A stretch of DNA of 64,000 nucleotides from Cenococcum geophilum (lineage: Eukaryota): assembly GCA_050273025.1 (NCBI GenBank), contig CP158635.1, positions 15,314,001-15,378,000 on the forward strand, given 5' to 3'. Position numbers and translations under genes: made by a program. How positions within the stretch are numbered: the stretch's first letter is position 1; every line of letters starts with the position of its first letter. A model generated the notes under the pieces. It was not told the origin of the DNA and did not search any database. It saw nothing but the letters and a program-made list of their open reading frames with translations. Shown here piece by piece: positions 12,428-23,960 of the stretch.

Positions 12428-15232
12428 CAGTGCTGTTATTAATATTCAATATCAGTATTAGGCCGTATTGATATTGATATTGAATAGTAGTTCAATATTA
12501 AAAAGATATTGAATATTAAATATAGTACAGTCTTGGTATGGCATTTTAATTAAAAGTAGGCCCTATACGCCCCTAAGCTTTAGTAAGGCTTTAAACTAGC
12601 TGCTCCCCCGTAACCGCCCCCCCACTACTACCATTAAGTTCGTGATCCTTGGCGTAGTGTAGTAGGTGTTAGCTGCTTTCTAGATTCTGCTAAGAGCTTA
12701 GAAGCCTCTTATACTACATTCGTCGCCATAAGCCTCCCGCCGGCGGTAATATTACTTAGTAGCCAACTCTTTAAGCACTCCATATGTTTAATATTTGTAC
12801 TCCCTAGTAATATACGGTCCTATAAGATTGTTCGCTGTATACCTAAGAAGATTCGTTCTACCTCTACCAATATTAACGGTATAGATAGTATATTAATAGC
12901 CATTTAAGAAAGTTGTGGGTAGTTAGCTCTACAAGTTAGATTAAGCCACTACTATAGTGCCGTGCCTTAGATTAAAATAGGCTTTAATTTAATAAAGTCT
13001 TTATACTTGTCTTTTACGCTATTAGTGATATTAAGCATGTATATATAGAATTTAGTTTTAAAAGGCTTAGTAGAGCAATTAGTAGAGGCAACTTTTGGCT
13101 TAACTTTATAATATATATATTACTCCTCCTAAAGCTTCCTTACTGCCGTAAATAATTACTTATACCACTTCTTATTCTAGTGTCTCTTAATATAGACTTT
13201 CTAATATAAGGGGTAAAGGAGGATTAAAGCGGCGTATGCGGAAGTATTATTAGTAAGCTTATAGTATTTATTAAAGGTATACTAGCTTATAATAATAGCA
13301 GTAAGAAGATATAGATTTTTATAATATTAATCCTATTAATTACTAATTAGTAGAGCCTTAGTTATAACTAAAAAGCTTACCTTTAAATGCTTATAGTGTT
13401 TAATAAGTATATCTATTATATATAGCGTCTGGTTAATTAATAAGAAGTTGCCTTAGTTTATTATTGTTACCTTATGAAACGGCTTTAAAAAAGCGTATGT
13501 TTTATTAATTATATTCTAATCTTCTAGTAAGAGACAGTCGTCTTTTACTTTTTTATACTAATCGCAATAGTACGTGTTAATTACCGTTTAAATACTTTTA
13601 CTCTTAATAGCTTTAAGTATAGTATACTACAAGTTCCACTAGGTATTGTTATCTAAAGGAATTAATTACTTAGCTAAGGTTTTAAACTTATTCTAGCGAG
13701 CCTCTAACGCGCGAATATATATAATAAGGTTATAAACTTTATTAAGTATACCAATCTCTCTTTAGCCTATAGCTTATGCCTCCTTTATCTTCTATACGAG
13801 CTTCTTATTAATTATTAAGTTCTTATTAAGCTAAACTTACTAAAGGGCTTTATTAATTGCTTCTTTATCTTTAAGGTAGAGGAAGGCCTAAAGGGTAAGG
13901 TTAATAACGTAGCCACTATATTAAATTTAGTGGTAAACTAGGTCCTAATAAGGGAGCTTTTTTTTCTAAAGGCCTATAAAAATAAAGCAATACATTTTAT
14001 TATTTAAGCCGTGATTATTGCTGTATATATAGCCAATCTTACCTATAATATTGTAGCTCTTAGCGATATAAAGAAAGGCAACGGCCTAGTCCTTACTACT
14101 ATATAAGGGAAGTTCTAGTAGAGTAAGCAGAGCCTTTTATAACTACCTTATTTCTGCTTTAATAAATAAGTAATAATTGCTTAAAAGGAATAGTAGTTTA
14201 GTAACGTCTATATATTAATTAAGAAGTAGATTTTTAAGAGAGAGTTTTAAAGCTTTAATTTTAGGATATCGCGATATACTATATACGACTACTTAATTAG
14301 CTTTAGTATAGTTACTCTTATATTAATTATAACTTCCTTTATAGTATAATTAACTATTATAAGCAACGCGTGTAGTTCTAGCTAGGTAGCTATATTATAT
14401 AGTAGACTTTATATAGTAATAAGCTGTATAAGAGCTTTATTAAAGGCGTTGCGATTAATAGTAGCTTAAAGAGTTCGCTCTTCTTAAGCTTCGTAATTAA
14501 CCTGTCTAGAGGCTTATAAGCTGTTTAGTATATTTAAGAGGCGCTCCTCTTATAATTACTTCACTTAAACCTCTCTAGCTTAAATCTCTATACTGTGCTT
14601 TTTAGCTAAGTAGGCGCAAACAGATATTAAGGAGGCAGAATTCTATTTATATATTAAGCAGTACCATATTTAATTCTTACTATCGTAAATAGCTTTATAA
14701 GGGAGAGGGTTACGGGCAAGCTGCTATATAGAAGTAGCTAACTTGCGCCTTTTATAAGGCGACTTTAGGGTAGTTGCTAGTATAGAGTCGCTTAACGCGT
14801 TATTATTGCCGCTAGAGTAAGTAAACTAATTAGAATTAAGCTTAGAAATAGCAGAAGATAATATATCGTTATTATTAATTACGTTAGTAGATAAGGGAGG
14901 TATAGCGTTAATTAAGGGCAGAGTGTAGGGGGGGTAGTAAAAATCGTTAAAATTAATAATATTATGCGCGATGTCTTATAAAGTCTAATTTAATATTTAG
15001 TAAATTTTACTTTCTATAGGTTTACCTATTAAATTTAAAATATATACGTATTGTAAGGAGGCCCGAGAGTTATTTACCGATATATCTACCTTTATTTTAC
15101 CACCTTAACTCTAAAAATATTTAATATTTAATATCTTTTAGTATTGAACATATCGTATTAATATTAATATTGATCGTTCAATATTCAATATTCAATATTA
15201 GTAATCAATACTCAATACTGATAACAGCACTG
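12428..15232 (-). mobile_element. Full-length, RIP-inactivated hAT DNA transposon (2805 bp)
   Basis: TIR CAGTGCTGTTAT at both ends. Exact 8-bp TSD ATCTACCC (12420-12427, 15233-15240) and AATATT-rich subterminal repeats. The minus strand at about 12910-12760 reads LS*MAINILSIPLILVEVERIFLG...*DR..LGSTNIKHMECLKSWL, a mutated hAT C-terminal dimerisation domain. Confidence 0.93.
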
Positions 15233-16035
15233 ATCTACCCAGCTACCATTCTTGGTACTGAAGAGGAATCAGAAGTGAGTTCATTAACTCGATGATGCAG
15301 TCGAAGACTAAAGCACAGAGAGATGCTGTGATTGCCGCAGGCCTAATACCAGTCTCTTTTGCCATCGATGTGCTGGCAACTATTATCTGGCCTTTCGGTG
15401 GTTTGCTCGAAATTGACTCCGTATGGGCGTATTCGTCTATTCGCGGCGCGAAAACCGCAAGGTCAACCAAGACCGTATGGAGGTTGGAACTGAGTGGAAG
15501 TGTATAATTACTACAATGGTTAAGAGTTAAAACCGCAAATTTATATCGTCATTATGTCGACACCCCTATTGGCAATAATAGTCGTGTGAATTTGCTCAGA
15601 CTTCAATACTCAATTTTGAACCCACGAAAACTAAACCGCGGTTCCATGCAATCGAAACTATGGACGGTCACATAACAAACGATATACGAATTTTTGACAG
15701 TCATATGAGACAAGGAATAGCCAACCGACGAACATAAAGATATCTCTTAAATTTGTGTGAGCGATCCGATGTTGTAAAGAAGCGCACTTCAGACACTCCT
15801 CTATCGTCTGGCCGCTCCTGGAATAATTCATCTAGTCAGACGAAATAGTCTATGTGGAGAAATAGTATCCCTATCATTTGGTATTCAGATTACTGTATCT
15901 CGCCAAGTCGCTTTCAGCTTACCTTTTTCTTCAACAGCAGATGTTCATGTGCCTAGTTTTGTTTTATATCTTTTGCCATCCTCCCAAAGGCCCATCTTGC
16001 TTTAAAAAAAGCATCGTCTTTATCCTACTCCCTCT

Positions 16036-17611
16036 TTATGAAGCGGCTTGCTTGAACCCATCTGCTCGTCCAGACCCAACAACCCCCGCCTGCGCAACTT
16101 TCGCCTCCTCACTCGACACAACCAAAACCTTCTTTAACTGCTCAATCTCTGCATCTCCCAATCCGCATAGTGCTCGCATATAGCCCTCAGCACTGCCCCA
16201 CTCCCTCTCAATCATCTCTAACGCGGAAATCATACTCTCCTTCTTGGCGCCGAGCATTCTCATTGCCGCCGCACGGCCTTTCTCCAAAACCTCGGGCCGG
16301 ATCTCCTCTTCCTCAGCGCCACCGACTTTCTCGTCGCCGCCGAGATGCGGGCCCCTCTTCTGTAGCAGCGTTGCAAGTTCCGACATGCTCATACCTGTGC
16401 CGGTTATTTGAGACAGCGTGAACTTCCTAAAGTCCGGGCTGTTCATCAGCCGCTCAACTAACTTCTCCCTTGCGGGAAGCAGACCCTGCTCGGTTAGGTT
16501 ATACTCCGCAGCAATTATCTCTCTTGGCACACCTAGCAGCTCGAGTATTAGGCCGAAGAAGATGCCGGTGCGGTCTTTACCTGCAGTGCAATGGATTAAC
16601 GCGCCAAGGGGAGGCTTTGAAGAGGTAGCGAGGGGTGGGATTGGGGCCGAGGGAGAGTTAGAGAGGAATAATGAGTTGCGTTGAGGAGAGGGAGGTGGTA
16701 GAGAAGCAAGATAGAGCAGTATGGTGCGGAAGGCCGGCCCCGCATGGGTGAGGATATCGTGATAAGCGTGTGCGAAGCCCTGAAAGAATAATTAGCTTGG
16801 TGGGGGAATGGGTTACAAAATAGAACGAAAAGGGGTAGAGGTGATACAGCATGAAAAAAGAAAGAGTAATACGGAATCTTTAACTTCCAGATTAATCTTT
16901 AGAACCAGCTACTACTGCCGCACAGAGGCGCGAGTGAGTGATGATGAAGAAGCACACTGCTTCCTCTGCTAACCTTTTCCAAAGGTCGCTGAGAGGAGTT
17001 GTCCTTCTGACTTCTCATTTATTGTGCACCCCAGACCCTTGCTTTTCTCATTGGCATAGGATGTGTCATCTTTTTGCCCATTTCCACTCTATACTGGTTC
17101 TAGACCATGCCATCCACATCAAAGACAAAGTGCAAATAACAAGTGGAAGTTAGCCTACCTCAACACTCTCCCCCATATATTTCATGTACCTATCCGCTAG
17201 TCTCTCGGGACTGTAATCGTCATCCGCAAAAACTGGACACCATTCCCTCTCGATGCCCTCCTGCTCCACCATATGGATCCAGCCATCCCTCGCACCCGTA
17301 ACATCTTTTGGAATCCCTTCCTCTCCTACCTCCTGCGTTTTGCCGTCTACTGCCCCTCGCCAGCCTTTCTCGACCTCGATCCTCGAGCGTAGGTCGAAGA
17401 CTTTTTTTACGCCAATTGCTTTTACTTGCGTCCAGCCGGCGCTATCTAGTTGGGATACCTCGGCGCTGCGGAAGAGGATGCCGGGACGGACTTTGTGGCC
17501 GGTGGACGTAGGGAGGCCGCCGGGATAGAGCGCTGCGTCGCGGAAGTTATCTATATGGGGGATGGTGAAAAATGGAGGAGAAGGGAGTGGAGCTGCTTCG
17601 AGAGTAGCCAT
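16036..17611 (-). CDS. Protein tyrosine/serine phosphatase-like protein (Y_phosphatase3 type), 2 exons
   Basis: IDNFRD...ILFRSAE...VFDLRS in exon 1 (17611-17159), then a 379-nt intron 17158-16780. Exon 2 contains the catalytic loop IHCTAGKDRTG and EYNLTE. Confidence 0.88.
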
Positions 17612-17927
17612 GATGTCGATAACTCGAGAGTGGGGGATTTGAGGAGATAATAGGTGCGGCTGCTGGAGACCTGACGCCTGAAGTTTAGAGGAATATGTAG
17701 ACTGTTAAGAAGGACTTAAAGCGCTGGCTGGACTTCTGAAGCTACTGCTAAATTGGTGCGGAGATAAGACTGTGAGAGTGAAACTAGGAGAAAAGGCCGC
17801 GGTGAGCGATGACACATAACTATGGCTACTGAGCAAGGTCGAGAGAGGTGGTCAATAGAGGGCATTCGGAATTGAAGAAGGCCAAGGGCAAAAGGATATA
17901 CAGCTCCGTATTGGTATCAAAGACGGC

Positions 17928-18169
17928 GAAGCAATGGCTTAACGGTGAGCTTTCTGCCACCGAGGTTCCAAGTGCCGGGGAGGGAGTCGTGGCTGCCAAG
18001 AACCCCGCTGCATGAGCTTCGACCGTGGATGCCAAGGGCCCGCTTTGTGTCGGCGTTCAGAAGGCCTTGAAGCGGCCAGTGGTCGCCTCATGCTTGCGAA
18101 CGTGCCCTCGTAGACGTGAGAGCTATTCGGGAGTGCACGCTCCGGCTGGGGGCTTGGCTTCTTACATAA
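17928..18169 (+). ncRNA. Candidate structured non-coding RNA, class unknown
   Basis: Nested complementary segments: GCATGAG/CTCATGC, CGACC/GGTCG, CAAGG/CCTTG, CGTGC/GCACG and GCCAAG/CTTGGC. ACA triplet at the 3' end. Folded by eye only. Confidence 0.3.
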
Positions 18170-19110
18170 AAACCCACCCTCCTCTCGTCAGAGACCACAC
18201 TAGATTTGACATTGAAATACTTGAAGTCTTTTAAGTAGGCAAGCCAAACTAGTCTCAATTCATTTTTACCAGTCATCGCTCTTCTGATTTCGGAGGACAA
18301 GCTAAGTTTTGTCATGAAGTTCCTATCATTGAAGCAGCAAATAGTGAGATTAAGGAGGCCGGCACTACGTTTAGAGTAGACAACTCCAACTTCATCATAA
18401 CAACGATACGAGACAGCGCCCTAGGGTCGTAAAGCATTTTCAGATTTCCGTAACTCCTCAAGTTTGATCCATATACCCTAGCCGGTCCTCGGCCACCTCC
18501 ATTTACCAGCCATACCAACCGTACTCCGTAGTCAAGCAAACAACAGCCTCGACCTTTTCCAGCTCATACCACCAGTCGCTTATCCAGCACTTGCTTTTCA
18601 TCTAGTTGTATATATCAATCAGTTCCAGAAACAATTTCCCTTACATTGCCACTCTGAAAGCCCACCCCGCACCAGTCCACTTAGTAAAAGTACCAGAAAA
18701 CCATAAACACAAATCATTTAACGCCGGCCGTAGTTCTATCTGACCTAGAAAATATTTTACCAAAAAAGATCAAACAAAAGGGTAATACATAAACGTAGTA
18801 CGGAAATAGACATCCAGCCTTTTCTTTCTTTTCAATGGAAATAAAACTTCAAGAAAACCCCAAAAAGATACTCTCGACGTTAGAGGAAGCAGAAAGATAA
18901 GCTCAACGTGCAAATAAGAGGTGGTAAGGAGTCAATCGGTGCACTTTTGGTATTCGGTACAACAAAGCTTGAAAGTAGGAACTAAGTATACGCAAGGGTA
19001 TGCGGCAGCCCTCGAGAATATTGAATAATGTCATAATTCATCTGGGAAAGCAGTAGCTGTTGGCGCCTCAAGCCAACAAAGCGGAGCTACTACAGCCCTG
19101 CTCTTAAATG

Positions 19111-20970
19111 TTAGGCTCGGCCTGCAGATTCCCCAGCTGCTATGCCAGCATCTCGGACCCCTCTCTCAAGATCGATATTATGGAGGTCTGGGAGATCCAA
19201 GGAAGGACCTGCTCGAGTGATATCGGACTTATTTTTGCACTTTTCTAATGTTGCAATCGTCTCAAACGATTCTCTTGGAATTGTATCAACAATATCTGTG
19301 GTGCCGGCTGTATCTGGCCTTGAAGGATCAGATGTGGCAGCCATATATTCGTCGTAGGTTTTGCCAGCCTTCTTGGCGGCATGCCGTATATGACGAGTGC
19401 GATAAAGCCAGACAAATTGGGAGGCGAATATGCCGAGCTCGAGGAAGAGACTAGCGCGGAGATTAGCACGGTATTGCGCTTCCAGGGTTAGTAATATTGG
19501 ATAAAGGACAGGTGAGATAAGATGGTTTGAAGTTCCGAGGTTTAGTTAGGAAGTTGCCCAAATTTTGAAACATCAAATACGGAAATAAAAAGGATTTTGT
19601 GCACAAAATCCCGGTGGTTAAGAGAGCTTAATGGCGCTGTAGGAGCATGGGATATATGAAGTATCACGAACCAGACAATGTAGAGTGTTCCGCCAAGATA
19701 GTCAAATGTGTTTTGAGCAACTAAAAGAGTAATTAGTAAATGGGCTCTTAAGTTCTGAAACTACGGGACGTATTTGACTAGCCATACCTAGTGCCGCCAA
19801 CGAAAAGAACGCTCCAAACCAGTCTATGGTAAGAAAGATGAAGTCTAAACAATGTCAATATATGTTCTACATCTTGGATAGGCTGCCTTTTTGAAGGATC
19901 TCATACTGATGCCAATAACCCGACCTCCACGCTTCGCTAGTTCATAGTATGGCGGGATGAGGCCGGCGGCTAAGATAACAGACGCGATGACGCCGATCAT
20001 GGTGAGAGGCCAGGAGACTCCTCTCGAATAGGGACCCTAGAGGAATTTAGAGAAAGAATTCATAGTGTGAGAGCTTTGAGAATAATACTCGTAAGGTTAG
20101 AATCAGAATGGCCTCAACAACTCCAAATCCAACAGCCAGTATGATGGTGATTAATGAGGCAGTCCAAGTTCTCCAGCCACTGTAACTAAATCAGTAAACT
20201 TCGAAGGTAGCTGAGGCATTCCAGGAACTCACTTGTGGTAAACAAGTGTTTGGCCCCAGCAAACTAGGCACAGGAGACCGAAGCACTGCGGCTGGACTTG
20301 GATTGGGATATTAAAGTTCTGTTGGTTGTTAGAAAAGTCATGTGTGGGATAGAGTCAATCAGAACTGGCCTGTACGACGGAATAGATGCCGAATGGCACA
20401 GCGCCTAGCATATTTCAGCTGTGCCTGCAAAATAGGACGTATATATCGCGCATACATGAAGCCCAGAGCATGACCATCAAGCCAGGAAGACCATCGGTCT
20501 CCTTTAGTCGCCAGTTGTGCCATATTCTTCACATGGTCAGCATATTCTCACGTTTTCAGACAGCCTCACACATACTGAGGAATGAGCTGGTGGCACGATG
20601 TTAGCTTTTTGTTCATGCTGAGAGAATAAATGTCAATGGAGGCCTTACCTGAACGCACCAGCACCTTCATCGCGCCCGAAAGCGTCAGCAACTGCAGTCT
20701 CCTAGAGCATTTCCATCTTGACATACACTAGATGAATGTGAGTGAAGAGCGAATGAACTGTAAGTGGCGAGTCTCCTTACCAGTGCCAATTGTCTACGTG
20801 TCCATAGTGTGTTGGTTAGGGATCCATTACTTATTGCACTACGGCAGGCAGATGTAGTGAACGTACCCCTAGAATGTTCGCAGCCTTCCGGGTCAAAATA
20901 TCAGCATGGGAATGGAGCTCGGCTTTTGCACGAAATTACGCACAGGCGGGATTGAAGTCTGAGGGGCCAT
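19111..20970 (-). CDS. PQ-loop repeat membrane protein, 14 predicted exons including micro-exons of 27, 18, 13, 1, 16 and 11 nt
   Basis: Spliced translation: MAPQTSIPP|AANILG|TIGT V CWCVQ|LIPQ|IWHNWRLKETDGLPGLMVMLWAS|CAVPFGIYSVVQ|NFNIPIQVQPQCFGLLCLVCWGQ...GLIPPYYELAKRGGRVIGI|...FLTIDWFGAFFSLAAL|VAQNTFDYLGG...|CLFLELGIF...; stop at 19111. Confidence 0.88.
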
Positions 20971-22072
20971 AGCAAGCCAGCGCTGACGTAACGGAAGCCG
21001 TAAATAGTATCGAGGCGGGGGATTGGGAATCAAGTTGAGGTTTGGGCATCAGCCTAAGACAGAAAAGGAAGATTCAGGTACTGGTGGGAGGAGCAGAGAA
21101 AGAGCACAGTCAAGCAGCGTGAAAAAAGATTATATTCTTAAATGAAAAAAATGCAAAAATGCGAGCTCAGCAGTGGCGCTTTCCCAAAGGCTAAGTGAAG
21201 ACGTTGACCTTCACATTCACCACCCCTCCAGGGCGCCACGACGACGACAGCAGAGACAAAGTCAACCGGCCCATGGAGCCGGCGTGTGCTTGACAGCATA
21301 TCACAGATGTGTGATTCAATAAGTTCCTCCGCGATGACAGGTTGCTCTGAGGGATTTCCAGGTCAGGCGCCGTGGCCGCCCGCTAAAAGCGCAGGTCCAA
21401 CGTTAGGTGAGCAGTAGACAGAGTTGGGGCAAAAGTTTAGCAATGGTCTGGTCGGGGGGAAGTCATTCCCTGCATCCGCTGCTCGGACTCATGCCCATGG
21501 TGGTTGGAAGTGTAGCGGTCTCGCAGTGCCTCTGGCTCGTGCACGACGATTGGCGAGCCATCTGAAAGCCAGCGCAGGGATGCATTTCCCATCTTGGCCA
21601 CAGGCACTCGAATTCGGCCCTGGGAGTGGAAGCTTGGCACGGTCGCTGGCCAACGCTATTGATTCGTCTCGCTCTCGCCTGGGCCGACGCCCGCATGCGA
21701 TCCTTATCAGCTGACGATCGTCCAGCGTTCCACGGGAGCCTGCCAGCCAGGTGAAAAGCATGCTGGGACAGGCGATGATGCTCTGAGACAGGCGCGGCCA
21801 TCATCTTGCCAGCGCTGGACGGGGATAGAGTGAGACCAAGGCGGGGATAATCGATTTGGCTGCGGCGAATCTGGGACGAGAGGAGGCTCCGCAGCGTGCA
21901 CGCATTTCACGCTTTTCGCACCTTTCACGCTTCCCCATCCGAGCGCGCCGGCAATCGACAGCCAGACTGTCAGCTGGCCTCGTTGCGGGTAACTGGGCAC
22001 CGTCCGCACGGTGACTCGCAAAAAAAAAGAGCGGCTGATGCGCTACATGCCTGTTAATTCCTCCTTGGCGTG

Positions 22073-22190
22073 TGGAGTCGGCTAGGGGACTAGTGGAGTA
22101 GTGGAGTAGTGGAGCAGTGCACGCTGGGTCAGAGCAGGTCACAGCAACAGGAGGAGCAGCAGGAACAGGAGCAGGAGCAGGAGCAGGAGC
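22073..22190. repeat. Short tandem repeats (GTGGAGTA)n and (GCAGGA)n
   Basis: Directly visible at about 22093-22116 and 22143-22190. Confidence 0.8.
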
Positions 22191-22559
22191 GGCAAAAGCC
22201 AGCTGCGGAGAGGTTCTAGAGGTGCAAGAGATATGCCATGACTTCACATAACAAAGGTATTGCAAATGTAACAATACTCGCGTGCCATGAACCGAAACAC
22301 AATTTGGCATTTCCTAACTGTTGCTTGTGTGTGTGCTGCTGCTGCTGTGTGCTGCACGTCATTCTCGGCAGGTGTGCCTCCATTAGGGAGGGTCTGCCAG
22401 AGATTGCACTCGATAATTGACGCTATTTTGGCGTGCATAGCCACAACCTAGACCTAGTTAAGAAGTTACATCCGCGAATCGTCAGCCTCAATAGTGAAGA
22501 GTTTAATATGTGGTTTGACGACGTATCTGGTTAGATCTCGATAACTAAGCACGGTCTTC

Positions 22560-23960
22560 ACCTCTTATGGCAAATGCCATACATAGGTGTATCACACTGT
22601 AGAGCTTAATACAGCGAATTTAATAGTATTTAAAATTAGAATTTTCGAATAGATGTTTAACCTATGGTGAATACATTTTTGTATCGTGTCCCGCTCCACG
22701 TCGCCATATGGCCAAAAAGACAGACAGTGCTCGCGAATCTACGCGACTGTTGCGGGATCTAATATGTACTCTTACAATTTTCTTGCGTTCTACCAGTCGC
22801 ATTATAATAATTCGCGATCAAAGCTACTCCTTATCCCTCCCCCTTATCTACTAGCTTTGCAAAACCGTAGATCTACTTTACTATATGCATCGCCTCTACA
22901 AAGTCTATATAGAATCTCTCATTTTGATTATCTCATTCCTAGACCTTCTACCGAGGTTTTACTATCACGCTAAACCGTATTAAGAAAACAACCGTTAGAA
23001 GGTCTAATACACCGTCTAATTTTTGATTTGTGTCCCTTGACCCGCTGAGGGCCATTACTCGGTCGCGTCGCGCGCGACGATAGTGACGGAGTTAGAGGTA
23101 TTAATATAATTAAGCTTAAAGTAGTTATATATAGGTTATCTAACCCCGCACTATCCCTTAACCCGCTGAGGTACAATGCCAAGCTGCACCTCTCTCCCAT
23201 ACGCCAATTATTGCTGCAGCGCGACGAGCCAGGATCAGGAAATAGTCAAAATTCGCGTGGCTTTACACCTAATCGCGAATAAGTTAATTCTGTATTAGCA
23301 TAGATACAAAAATTCCAGTAGAGCTTTATAACTTACCAGATATAAATAAGAGGATATTTAGATATAAATAATAGAACGGCAGCGGCGATATGGGAGCAAT
23401 TGGACGGTTAGGAACATGTAAAGCGGATCTATAGGCAATATATTGGCTAGATTATAGCTTTTCTACTATAAATATTAAGGTAGGGGGCCAAACGGTAAAA
23501 ATTGGCGATGGTTAATAACTTTGCCTCTATCCTTTCCAGCGTCAAAATGCGTCCTACGGTTATCGATAAGAGCTAGCCAATAGAATCAATGGGATCAAGG
23601 CTCCGTGACCACACGCATATTTTTGAAGGGGTAAAGTCCTTAGAGCTAGCAGTGGCTACTCTGGCGTTCGCGCACGGGCTACCTCTCGTAGGACGCTGAC
23701 GTTGGAAGGGATAATCGGTGCTTTGTTTAAACTAAAATGCAGCAACATCCACTAGGCTGATTATAATATTTTTTACAGCGTTTAATTTGTCGTGTAAAGA
23801 TCTAAAATATTGCGTCGGGTGGTGGTTAATTAGGAGATTAAAATTTAGTAAGAGGTGCGAATCTTGTATGAGAATCGCATATAAAATCACGGGGCAATCC
23901 TAACAAAAATTTAAACAGCGCCTCAGACGTACATCATCTAAGCTTACGTAAGCTGACTTG
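22560..23960. mobile_element. Degenerate, TpA-enriched repeat or gene relic of unassigned family (boundaries approximate)
   Basis: Abrupt AT/TpA enrichment relative to GC-rich flanks. Stop-interrupted protein-like text (AAAIWEQLDG*EHVKRIYRQYIG*IIAF near 23380-23465). No termini recognised. Confidence 0.4.
23530..23711. mobile_element. TA-flanked MITE, copy 1 of the 'TTATCGATAAG' family
   Basis: ta|TCCTTTCCAGCGTCA..GCGTCCTACG ... CGTAGGACGCTGACGTTGGAAGGGA|ta, with internal TTATCGATAAGAGCTAGCCAATAGAA. Confidence 0.7.

Larger units (their letters stand above)
11790..15507 (+). pseudogene. Conserved fungal hypothetical protein gene broken by two insertions and frameshifts (5' boundary approximate)
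   Basis: Protein-like pieces: DPVHYIRDPQKLIAYLVP, KWEEDVRSGKTSIAKTASWQGVKSKAT and EMVLIYP. After the 2.8-kb insertion: ATILGTEEE/(frameshift)RSEFINSMMQSKTKAQRDAVIAAGLIPVSFAIDVLATIIWPFGGLLEIDSVWAY. Removing the element and one TSD copy restores ATG GTG CTG ATC TAC CCA GCT. Confidence 0.75.
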
